Positions 54,970-63,110 of a DNA stretch of 64,000 bases are shown in pieces. Position numbers and translations under genes: made by a program. The notes below the pieces were generated by a model that did no database searches, was not told where the DNA came from, and saw only the letters and a list, made by a program, of their open reading frames with translations. Source of the DNA: an uncultured Gammaproteobacteria bacterium (GTDB taxonomy: Bacteria > Pseudomonadota > Gammaproteobacteria > Enterobacterales > UBA3532); contig CAXFCR010000001.1 in assembly GCA_964001325.1 (NCBI GenBank), forward strand, positions 398-64,397, written 5' to 3'. Numbering within the stretch: the first letter of the stretch is position 1; each line of letters starts with the position of its first letter.

Positions 54970-56345
54970 GAGTCTGACGGTTTTGGCGCTTGCTTGCGCC
55001 GATTACGAGATGGACGTTTACGGCGACGTCCAGCCTTTGGGTTAGTCCGCTGCTCGCGGTTGATCATGGCGTTTTGTTCTTGCTCATCCGCTGTTTGAAA
55101 AGCTGTCCACCACTCTGCTAGTTGATTATCTATTTCGCCGATCTTGGCACGAAGTAGCAGTAAGTCGTAGGCGGCGCGAAAACGTTTTTGCTCCAGAAGC
55201 TGGCGGGTTTTACGATTCTTTCGCTGTTCAAATCGAACCTGCAATGACCATATTTCGCGCATTGCTGAAGTGAAATGCTTGGGAATAGACACGCTTTGAG
55301 CCTGGCGACCAAGGACGATGCTGATGGCTTGCTGGAAAGCGGGTACCTTGGGTTCACCGCGTTCAATAAAATGATTCGCCATGCCCTGAACACTATGCCA
55401 AAGCAAAGCCGCGTTGATAAAGGCTGGGCTGACCGGGCGTTCCTGATTGACTCTGCTATCCGTTCCTTGCATCGCTAACTCCAGCAATTGCTGGGTTTTC
55501 TGCCCTTGAGGGCCTGCCAACTGTTCAGCCGTTTGCGGATAGAGTGGGGCGAATAGTTCATAACGTTGCAGTGACAAGAACGTGTTGTGACCTGCACCAC
55601 TCAGGAACAGCTTATTGCTTTCTTCGAACAAGCGAGCTGGAGGAATGTCTTTTAGCAAGTGAGCCAGATGGTGTATCTGTGATGCGGTTTCGGGAGCAAT
55701 GACAAAACCAAGCTTTTCGGCAAACCGAACGGCTCGAAGCATCCGAACCGGATCTTCGCGAAAGCGGGTTTCCGGATCGCCAATGATTTGGATGCGTTGC
55801 TTTTCAATATCCTTTAGAGCACCAGCGTAATCGAGAAGGTGAAAATCTTTTATTGAATAGTAAAGTGCATTGACGGTGAAGTCTCGCCTGACAACGTCAT
55901 CTTCAATAGTTCCATAAACGTTATCACGGAGAATACGGCCAGAGTCGTTGGTTTCTGCCCGCCCTTTAACTGGAGTGGGGTTACCGGCGCGGAAGGTGGC
56001 GACTTCAATAATTTCTCGACCAAAGGTGATATGAACCAGTTTGAAGCGGCGACCAATAATCCGGCTATTGCGGAATAGCGCTTTGATTTGTTCGGGTTTC
56101 GCATCTGTAGCGATATCGAAATCTTTTGGCGATTTTTGCAGTAGCAGATCGCGTAAACAACCGCCGACCAGATAGGCTTCATGACCTGCTTTGTTTAGCC
56201 GATGGAGGACTTTAATCGCATTGTCGCTGATTTGTTTGCGGGATATGGAATGTTGGGCTCGTGGAATAACAAGAGGTTGAAGCCCTGATGCATTGTTTCC
56301 TTTTCGAATAAGGTTCCGGCAATTATGCCATAATTTATTTAGAAT
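54966..56345 (-). CDS. pcnB: Poly(A) polymerase I; full length requires a non-canonical start (proposed ATT at 56345)
   Basis: The manually translated frame is open from 56366 and encodes VIPRAQHSISRKQISDNAIKVLHRLNKAGHEAYLVGGCLRDLLL..PKDFD upstream of the tracked Met at 55742. An in-frame TAA lies at 56367-56369, and a GGAG sits 7 nt before the ATT. Confidence 0.82.
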   Translation of the reverse strand: MLNKLWHNCRNLIRKGNNASGLQPLVIPRAQHSISRKQISDNAIKVLHRLNKAGHEAYLVGGCLRDLLLQKSPKDFDIATDAKPEQIKALFRNSRIIGRRFKLVHITFGREIIEVATFRAGNPTPVKGRAETNDSGRILRDNVYGTIEDDVVRRDFTVNALYYSIKDFHLLDYAGALKDIEKQRIQIIGDPETRFREDPVRMLRAVRFAEKLGFVIAPETASQIHHLAHLLKDIPPARLFEESNKLFLSGAGHNTFLSLQRYELFAPLYPQTAEQLAGPQGQKTQQLLELAMQGTDSRVNQERPVSPAFINAALLWHSVQGMANHFIERGEPKVPAFQQAISIVLGRQAQSVSIPKHFTSAMREIWSLQVRFEQRKNRKTRQLLEQKRFRAAYDLLLLRAKIGEIDNQLAEWWTAFQTADEQEQNAMINREQRTNPKAGRRRKRPSRNRRKQAPKPSDS

Positions 56346-56413
56346 GGTCCTACTCCACTGTTCCCGTTAAGTTGTATCTGGCTAATTGTTCCAATTTGTG
56401 GGCGCATATTGTA

Positions 56414-57325
56414 CTACAAATTATTCGTGCGTACAGCCGTAGCATTTTTTCTAAAATGCTCAATAAGATGATGTTCCTTGGGCCAAAGCCCAATTCCCCA
56501 GCTCAATTGTTGTTCGCAGCCTGAACTCGCTATATCTTTCGGTGGCGGAAGGCCTAAAAAGGTCAGTGCCTGAGCCAGTTGCTGGCGCTTGTCATCGTCG
56601 GTGACCGCCGGGGCAAAGGTTTGCTTGCTCAGCTTGTTGCCATATTCATCGAGTACCAGCGGGATATGCCCATATTGCGGAGCCGACTTGCCAAATAGCT
56701 CGAATAGTTGGCATTGGCGCGGCGTGAAACTTATTAGATCCTGACCACGTACAACATGGCTGATGGACTGTTCAATATCGTCGATCACGACAACTAGCTG
56801 GTATGCAAAGAAGCCATCGCGGCGTTTAATAATATAATCTTCGACTACTTCATCCGGAGGAAGGTTGACTGGGCCAAGGCACTTATCGACGAAGTGAGTC
56901 GAGCAGGAAGGCATCTTAATTCTAATCGCGTGTGAAGCTGAGGCGGGCAGGTTTTTATCACGGCAGAAGCCGGGATAGGGACCGGGGTAGTTGCGTAATT
57001 TCTTACGACTGCACTCACACCAGTAAACCTCTTTCTGCTGGATAAGCGCATCTAAATATTGTTGATAAAGTGGTAGGCGCTGAGTTTGATACACAACCTC
57101 TCCGTCCCACTCCAATCCATAATGCTCGAGCATCGATAGGATGGACGATGCATGCTCGGGTTTGCAACGATTGGCATCTATATCTTCAATACGAACCAGC
57201 CAAGCACCTTGGTTGGCTTTGGCATCAAGGTAGCTGGCCAAGGCGGCGACCAGTGAGCCAAAGTGTAAAGGGCCTGTTGGCGATGGCGCAAAACGGCCGA
57301 TATAGTTTGGAGGAGTCTGAGGCAA
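56414..57325 (-). CDS. gluQ: Glutamyl-Q tRNA(Asp) synthetase
   Basis: GRFAPSPTGPLHFGS (HIGH-like) motif, 303 aa with no anticodon-binding domain, located downstream of dksA as in E. coli. Confidence 0.93.
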   Translation of the reverse strand: MPQTPPNYIGRFAPSPTGPLHFGSLVAALASYLDAKANQGAWLVRIEDIDANRCKPEHASSILSMLEHYGLEWDGEVVYQTQRLPLYQQYLDALIQQKEVYWCECSRKKLRNYPGPYPGFCRDKNLPASASHAIRIKMPSCSTHFVDKCLGPVNLPPDEVVEDYIIKRRDGFFAYQLVVVIDDIEQSISHVVRGQDLISFTPRQCQLFELFGKSAPQYGHIPLVLDEYGNKLSKQTFAPAVTDDDKRQQLAQALTFLGLPPPKDIASSGCEQQLSWGIGLWPKEHHLIEHFRKNATAVRTNNL

Positions 57326-57464
57326 TAGGCTAAATAGAAATCTGTTACAGTATTCCGACGAATACTAAAGACTGTTAATGAAAGATAAACAGCCTCTAGA
57401 CAGGGGACGGGAAACTGATGTTTTCCGTCCCAGACATTTGTCGCTGTATACTACCTGCGCCGCC

Positions 57465-57905
57465 TTAGTGATTAAACTGGCGCTCTTTAATCTCTTGCAG
57501 TGATTTACAGTCGACACACAGGTCGGCGGTAGGTCTAGCCTCCAAACGGCGAATGCCAATTTCGATGCCGCATGCTTCACAATAGCCGTATTCGTCGGTT
57601 TCGTTCAGTTTTGTTAAGGTCTTTTCAATTTTTCTAATCAGCTTGCGCTCACGATCACGAGTCCGTAGCTCTAAGCTGAATTCCTCTTCCTGTGCTGCAC
57701 GATCGACAGGGTCGGGAAAGTTCGCTGCATCATCTTTCATGTGATGGACTGTGCGGTCGACTTCTTCCATCAATTGCTTTTTCCAACCTTCGAGGATGCT
57801 GCGAAAATGCGCCCGCTGCTCATCATTCATGTACTCTTCATTTGCTTCTGGCTCGTACGGGGCGATGCCTATTACGCCTAGATTGGCGGTCGATTTGCTT
57901 GGCAT
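57465..57905 (-). CDS. dksA: RNA polymerase-binding transcription factor DksA
   Basis: A coiled coil with a DxxDxA tip (DPVDRAAQEE) and a C4 zinc finger (CEACG...CVDC). The likely start is the MPSKST Met. Confidence 0.95.
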   Translation of the reverse strand: MPSKSTANLGVIGIAPYEPEANEEYMNDEQRAHFRSILEGWKKQLMEEVDRTVHHMKDDAANFPDPVDRAAQEEEFSLELRTRDRERKLIRKIEKTLTKLNETDEYGYCEACGIEIGIRRLEARPTADLCVDCKSLQEIKERQFNH

Positions 57906-58118
57906 GTGCTTTTCTCCACGACACAATTTAAATTGAGGGCGGACTTGATACCAGAATTAGTGAGGAAAGGCAATAATAATGTTCAACAAATAACGCTATG
58001 AATAACATAACGAAATGTTGCCAATACTATTGGCTAACCGACGCATTTCAGCGACCAAGAGCGCCCCGCTATCGCCTGTTTATCAGCGCGTTACCGCAGG
58101 CTATTCATCTATTATAGA

Positions 58119-58853
58119 TCAGTTTTCAATGATGACAGGTAATCGACATGCCCATGACAAACCTGTCGATGAAATCGCTGCTTTCCAGGCAATGATTTGA
58201 ACGCCTTTTTGGGCGGCAAGGGTTAGGAGACGTGCATATTCGGGGTCGACGTGCTTTGCGGCCGCGACCCGCTCAATGCCGCTGTGCATAACTGCGAAAA
58301 ACAAGGTTGCTGAGCCACCTTGCTCAACGATGGACATTAATTCCTGTAAGTGCTTTTGCCCACGAAGGGAAACGGCGTCGGGAAAGTATCCATTGCCCTG
58401 ATCATTTAACGTTACGCTTTTTACTTCAACATAATGGATGTGCTGCTCATCTGTGAGCAGTCCAAAGTCGAGACGGCTGTTGCCAAATTTAATTTCTGAA
58501 ATGACCCGGTTAAATGGCGGAAGGCCACTTAAGGTTCCGGTTGCGAGTTGTTTGGCGAGTAATTGATTGGCTCGTTGGGTGTTTACAACTATCCAGTGGC
58601 CATCATTAGTCAGGCTTAGCTCCCAGGTATGAGGGTACTTGCGCTTGCTATTGGTGCTTTGAGAGTAGTAAACCTGATAGCCCGGCTCAGCACATCCAGT
58701 CATTGCGCCGGTATTTGGGCAGTGGATCGTCAGCTCGTCAACCTCGTTCGTTGAGCCTTGATTCACGGCAATATTGGCCAAAAACCGTTTGTAGCGCTTA
58801 ATCAGAGTGCCCTGCGCCAGTGGCGGCATGAAGGATATTAAGGGCGTTGCCAA
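58119..58853 (-). CDS. sfsA: Sugar fermentation stimulation protein SfsA
   Basis: G.LIKRYKRFLA N-terminal signature, 244 aa. Confidence 0.88.
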   Translation of the reverse strand: MATPLISFMPPLAQGTLIKRYKRFLANIAVNQGSTNEVDELTIHCPNTGAMTGCAEPGYQVYYSQSTNSKRKYPHTWELSLTNDGHWIVVNTQRANQLLAKQLATGTLSGLPPFNRVISEIKFGNSRLDFGLLTDEQHIHYVEVKSVTLNDQGNGYFPDAVSLRGQKHLQELMSIVEQGGSATLFFAVMHSGIERVAAAKHVDPEYARLLTLAAQKGVQIIAWKAAISSTGLSWACRLPVIIEN

Positions 58854-59170
58854 AATACCTCTCCGTTTTCTACGCTCAGCTCTATTGTACTGAGTTGTTC
58901 ACCGTTGCAAGGCCCCCAAATGCAGACACCGGTCTTTGGTTCGAATAGCGCGCCATGCATCGAGCACTGTAGATAGTCGCCATCACGGCTCATAAAGTCG
59001 TCGTTGCCCCATTCCAACGGAATGCCCATATGTGGGCATTGATTGATGTAACCATATGCCTGGTTGCCGTTGCGAAATACAAAAATGTTCACTGTGTCGA
59101 TAGTGAAGGCCTTGGCTTGGCCGTCGGGAATATCGTCGAGTGATATCAGGAAGTGCTTACTGTTAGCCAT
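58838..59170 (-). CDS. Small Rieske [2Fe-2S] domain protein (about 110 aa)
   Basis: CPHMG...(17)...CSMHGALF Rieske ligand pattern. The likely start is the MANSKHF Met. Confidence 0.8.
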   Translation of the reverse strand: MANSKHFLISLDDIPDGQAKAFTIDTVNIFVFRNGNQAYGYINQCPHMGIPLEWGNDDFMSRDGDYLQCSMHGALFEPKTGVCIWGPCNGEQLSTIELSVENGEVFWQRP

Positions 59171-59391
59171 GATTCTCCTTGCGAAAAACGATAAATTATG
59201 ATAAATCTTAACTTTATATTCGCTTATTGTACGAGATTCACCTCGATTGTGTAGGATGAATTGCTTAAGAAGCATTGCTCAATGAAAATGGATTCTCTAT
59301 CAAGAAAGCCCAGTTTAGCAAGATAAGCAAGTTTGTAGAGTAAGCTAGCAGATTACCGTTAAATAGATGATTTAGTGTAAAGCATTTAAAC

Positions 59392-59469
59392 ATGATGAAA
59401 CGATTAGTTGTTGTGATTAGCATCCTCATTAGCTTGGTGGTTATTCCATCGGGCGGGGGGCGCTATTAA
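59392..59469 (+). CDS. ilv operon leader peptide (25 aa, 12 branched-chain residues)
   Basis: Manual translation gives MMKRLVVVISILISLVVIPSGGGRY. It lies 84 nt upstream of ilvG and is followed by antiterminator and terminator alternatives. Confidence 0.75.
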   Translation: MMKRLVVVISILISLVVIPSGGGRY

Positions 59470-59500
59470 TCGTTGCATCGTATCGAGACGATTAACAAAA

Positions 59501-59529
59501 CCCCCGCCTACCAGCGGGGGTTTTTTTTT
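59501..59529 (+). terminator. ilv attenuator terminator
   Basis: Stem cccccgc / gcggggg with loop ctacca, followed by T9. The upstream ggcggggg (59453-59460) can pair instead with cccccgcc (59501-59508). Confidence 0.8.
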
Positions 59530-59552
59530 ACTTAAACGAAGGTAGGTGATTT

Positions 59553-61286
59553 ATGAAGGTTTCTGGCGCGAGGTACATTGTTAACCATCTGGCTGAGCAA
59601 GGGGTTGAGGTGGTTTTTGGGTATCCTGGTGGTGCAATTATGCCGTTGTATGATGCGCTCATCGAAGCCCCATTCAAACATGTACTGACGCGCCACGAGC
59701 AGGGAGCTGCGCTGGCAGCCGACGGTTATGCCCGTGCCTCGGGTAGGGTCGGAGTATGCATGGCAACATCAGGGCCGGGCGCGACTAATTTAGTGACGGG
59801 GATAGCCAATGCTTTTCTCGACTCGATACCAATGGTGGCGATTACTGGCCAGGTCGCCAGCCCATTAATCGGCACTGATGCATTTCAAGAGGTTGATGTA
59901 TTAGGGATCACCTTGCCGGTTGTGAAACATAACTTTTTGGTGACAGAGCCATCTGAACTTCCGCGTGTACTAAGCGAGGCCTTTCGTTTAGCTGGAGAAG
60001 GGCGGCCAGGGCCAGTACTGGTCGACATCGCTAAAGATGCCATGATAAATGAGTTTGAGGTCGTGCCACACCACCTACCTGAAGATAGAGCGGAGATCGC
60101 CTCCCAGTCGACTCTTGAGCGAGCACGCCAATTACTGGCCGAGGCCAAAAAGCCAGTCTTGTACTGTGGCGGCGGTATCGTGCTTTCAGAGTCGACCGAG
60201 GCTGTGCGTCGCTTTGTTGATATTACCCAGATCCCTACAGTTTCTACCTTGAAGGCGCTTGGTGTTGTTCCTGCATCGCATCCGATGTGGTTAGGCATGT
60301 TAGGTATGCACGGTACCAAGCAAGCCAACTTCGCCGTGCATGATTGCGATTTGCTTATTTGTGTTGGTGCGCGATTTGATGATCGAGCCACGGGAAAATT
60401 GGCTGAGTTTGCCGCTAATGCCAGTATCATTCACCTCGATATCGATCCGGCTGAGATTAACAAACTAAAACAAACCACCATTTCTTTAATTGGCGATTTG
60501 GCCGATAGTTTGTCTCGGTTGCAAATGCCATTGCATAATATTGATGAGTGGCGCGAAGAGTGTTTAGAGAATAAAATGCAGCACGCTTGGCGCTACGATG
60601 CGCCGGGGAAAGGTATCTATGCGCCTAAATTGCTTAATCAATTGTCGCAGATGTGTGATAGCCAAACCCATATTTCCTGTGATGTGGGACAGCATCAGAT
60701 GTGGGTGGCCCAACATTACCGTTTTAGTCAGCCGCGACAGCACTTAACCTCTGGCGGTCTAGGAACCATGGGCTATGGCCTGCCCGCGGCGATTGGCGCC
60801 AAGTATGCTAACCCTGAGGCTCATTCCATTGTGGTGTCGGGGGATGGCTCGATAATGATGAATATTCAGGAGCTGGCGACTTTAAAACGCTACGGCATAC
60901 CGGTAAAAATTATCTTGTTTGATAATCAGGTGCTGGGAATGGTGCGGCAGTGGCAAGAACTGTTTTTCGCTGAGCGCTATAGCGAAATTGATTTATCCGA
61001 TAATCCTGAGTTTACTCAAGTTGCTCAAGCCTTTGGGATAAAAGCGCGCTACATCGACCGAGCTGACCAGGTTGAGGAAGCGTTGGAGGCGCTTTTGGCT
61101 GAGCCGGAAGCGATGTTGTTGCACGTAAAAATCGATGCCAAAGAAAATGTGTGGCCGCTGGTTCCACCAGGCAAAGCCAATGCAGCCATGTTGGATGGTA
61201 AAAAAGGGTTGGATGGCGAAAAAGGGTTAGATGGTAAAAATGGGCTAGATGCCAAAAAAGGCTTAGATGGGGAGAATGCCGCATGA
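59553..61286 (+). CDS. ilvG: Acetolactate synthase large subunit (IlvG-type) with a C-terminal (LDGKKG)x5 repeat tail
   Basis: ThDP enzyme motifs (GYPGGAI, GLGTMGYGLPAAIGA, GDGS..MN). 577 aa against roughly 548 aa typical. Confidence 0.94.
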   Translation: MKVSGARYIVNHLAEQGVEVVFGYPGGAIMPLYDALIEAPFKHVLTRHEQGAALAADGYARASGRVGVCMATSGPGATNLVTGIANAFLDSIPMVAITGQVASPLIGTDAFQEVDVLGITLPVVKHNFLVTEPSELPRVLSEAFRLAGEGRPGPVLVDIAKDAMINEFEVVPHHLPEDRAEIASQSTLERARQLLAEAKKPVLYCGGGIVLSESTEAVRRFVDITQIPTVSTLKALGVVPASHPMWLGMLGMHGTKQANFAVHDCDLLICVGARFDDRATGKLAEFAANASIIHLDIDPAEINKLKQTTISLIGDLADSLSRLQMPLHNIDEWREECLENKMQHAWRYDAPGKGIYAPKLLNQLSQMCDSQTHISCDVGQHQMWVAQHYRFSQPRQHLTSGGLGTMGYGLPAAIGAKYANPEAHSIVVSGDGSIMMNIQELATLKRYGIPVKIILFDNQVLGMVRQWQELFFAERYSEIDLSDNPEFTQVAQAFGIKARYIDRADQVEEALEALLAEPEAMLLHVKIDAKENVWPLVPPGKANAAMLDGKKGLDGEKGLDGKNGLDAKKGLDGENAA

Positions 61287-61290
61287 TAAA
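61201..61290. repeat. 18-bp tandem repeat x5 at the ilvG 3' end, spanning the ilvM start
   Basis: ttggatggtaaaaaaggg / ttggatggcgaaaaaggg / ttagatggtaaaaatggg / ctagatgccaaaaaaggc / ttagatggggagaatgcc. Confidence 0.92.
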
Positions 61291-61534
61291 TTTCACTATT
61301 TATATTGAAGCAAAGATTCAAGACGCTATAGTAGAGCGCATTTTACGCACAGTGCGGCATCGCGGATACCAGCTGCGAGGAATGGAGCTAGCTGTGCATG
61401 GGGCAGCATATAGTATGACGCTAACGTTGGCGGGTACGCGTGGTGAGCCTTATTTAGTCAAGCAATTGGAAAAACTGGTTGATGTAGAATCTGTGACCAG
61501 TCAAAGCGAGGTGAAATATGCCAAAACAGCCTAA
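61283..61534 (+). CDS. ilvM: Acetolactate synthase II small subunit
   Basis: ERILRTVRHRGYQL....LEKLVDVESV parallels E. coli IlvM (ERVLRVVRHRGF...LNKLVDVAHV). Confidence 0.87.
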   Translation: MINFTIYIEAKIQDAIVERILRTVRHRGYQLRGMELAVHGAAYSMTLTLAGTRGEPYLVKQLEKLVDVESVTSQSEVKYAKTA

Positions 61535-63110
61535 GGTTTTTACCTATGACACGACGTTGCGTGATGGCGCACAGCGAAAGGGCATCAGTTACAGCCTGGA
61601 CGATAAGCTAAAAATCACCCGCTTACTGGATGAGTTTGGCATTCACTACATCGAAGGTGGTTGGCCGGGTTCAAACCCTAAAGATGCTGAATACTTCGAG
61701 CAAGCGGCAAAACTAAACCTCAAACAAGCAAAAGTTGCAGCATTTGGCAGTACTCGTCGTGTCAATCAAGATGTCGCGACGGATATGCAAGTCAAGGCGC
61801 TGGTTGATTCGAAAGCACAGGTGATTACGGTAGTGGCAAAAAGTTGGCCACTGCATGTTACCGAAGTCTTGCGCACGACTTTAGAAGAAAACCTTGCCAT
61901 GATCCGCGATACCGTCGCATATCTTAAGAGTCATGAGCGCGAAGTCGTGCTGGATGCCGAGCATTTCTTTGATGGCTACCGCGCTGATAGCCAATACGCC
62001 ATAGAGTGTTTAAAAGTCGCTCAAGAAGCAGGGGCCGACTGGATTGCTCTGTGTGATACCAATGGTGGAAGTTTGCCATCATGGATCAGCCAGGTTATTA
62101 ACGATTTGAAGGGCCATATCAATATTCCATTGGGTATTCATGCCCATAATGATGCCGAGCTTGCGGTCGCTAACTCGATCGCCGCGGTTGAAGCTGGGGC
62201 AACGATGATCCAAGGTACCATCAATGGCTATGGTGAACGTTGCGGTAACGCCAACCTGACCTCGATTATCCCGACACTCAGTTTAAAAATGGGCTGTGAA
62301 GCTATCGATGAAGATGCGCTAACCGGATTGACTGAGTTGTCGCGTGCGGTTTGCGAGATAGCCAACCTTAACCCTGATCCGCACTGGCCCTATGTTGGCA
62401 CCGCGGCCTTTGCTCATAAGGGTGGTATACATGTTGCGGCTATCGAGAGAATTGCCGCCAGTTATGAACATATCCCTCCGGATACTGTAGGCAATGGACG
62501 TGAAATAGTGATCTCTGAGCTGTCAGGTCGAGGTAATGTGCGTATGCGCGCCGCTGAGCTTGGGTTAAGCGTTGAGGGGCATGAGAAAGAAGTGCTGGAT
62601 GCGATCAAGGAGATGGAAGGGCAGGGCCTTTCGGTTGAATCGGCGGAAGGAACATTTGAATTATTGATTCGACGTCGCTTAGCTGGATATCAAGCGCCAT
62701 TTGAAATTCTCGATCTGGTCGTCCAGTCGGAGCGTCGGTGTGGTGCGCATATTCTTTGCTCCCAGGCGACAGTGAAAATGAAAGTCGGTGGTGAGATTTA
62801 CCACACGGTCGCCGAGTCTACCGGACCGGTTCAGGCCATTGACGATGCGATGCGTAAAGCCTTATGTGAAGTCTATCCACAGGTTAATGAAGTACACCTG
62901 GTAGATTATAAGGTCAGGATTCTCGATCCGGAATCTGCGACTGCAGCAACCACGCGGGTGTTGGTCGAAGCTGGATACAAAGAGCAGCGCTGGAACAGCG
63001 TCGGCTGTTCTCAGAATATTATTGATGCAAGTGGTCAGGCTCTGGCGGATAGCTTAGAGCTATTTTTATTACGATTTCTAGAGCGAGGAGAAGTATCCGA
63101 TGGCGATTAA
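61518..63110 (+). CDS. cimA: (R)-citramalate synthase (LeuA/CimA family, 530 aa)
   Basis: YDTTLRDGAQ, a HAHND-type metal site, and a C-terminal LeuA-dimer/regulatory domain. Its length and N-terminus fit the CimA clade rather than LeuA. Confidence 0.82.
   Translation: MPKQPKVFTYDTTLRDGAQRKGISYSLDDKLKITRLLDEFGIHYIEGGWPGSNPKDAEYFEQAAKLNLKQAKVAAFGSTRRVNQDVATDMQVKALVDSKAQVITVVAKSWPLHVTEVLRTTLEENLAMIRDTVAYLKSHEREVVLDAEHFFDGYRADSQYAIECLKVAQEAGADWIALCDTNGGSLPSWISQVINDLKGHINIPLGIHAHNDAELAVANSIAAVEAGATMIQGTINGYGERCGNANLTSIIPTLSLKMGCEAIDEDALTGLTELSRAVCEIANLNPDPHWPYVGTAAFAHKGGIHVAAIERIAASYEHIPPDTVGNGREIVISELSGRGNVRMRAAELGLSVEGHEKEVLDAIKEMEGQGLSVESAEGTFELLIRRRLAGYQAPFEILDLVVQSERRCGAHILCSQATVKMKVGGEIYHTVAESTGPVQAIDDAMRKALCEVYPQVNEVHLVDYKVRILDPESATAATTRVLVEAGYKEQRWNSVGCSQNIIDASGQALADSLELFLLRFLERGEVSDGD

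Noticed and set aside
55850-56182. 110-aa tracked ORF on the minus strand
   Set aside because: It lies in a different frame, inside the region that encodes the conserved PcnB nucleotidyltransferase core in the pcnB frame. It is an artefact of the missing canonical pcnB start.
57404-57432. Hairpin gggacgggaaa...ttttccgtccc between dksA and gluQ as a terminator
   Set aside because: The stem is imperfect and no U-tract follows it in the transcribed (minus) orientation. It might be an attenuator, but the sequence alone gives weak support.
59885-60430. 181-aa minus-strand ORF inside ilvG, and similar antisense ORFs (313-609, 1570-1878, 17903-18301, 23425-23853, 36909-37394, 39525-39923, 40746-41078)
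   Set aside because: All are antisense or off-frame to strongly supported conserved genes. Their Arg/Ser/Pro-rich composition is that of shadow ORFs.
61012-61321. Two repeat-containing minus-strand ORFs (94 aa and 90 aa) with PF/SNPF-type repeats
   Set aside because: Their periodicity is simply the antisense read-out of the 18-bp tandem repeat at the ilvG 3' end. They overlap the ilvG/ilvM coding sequence.
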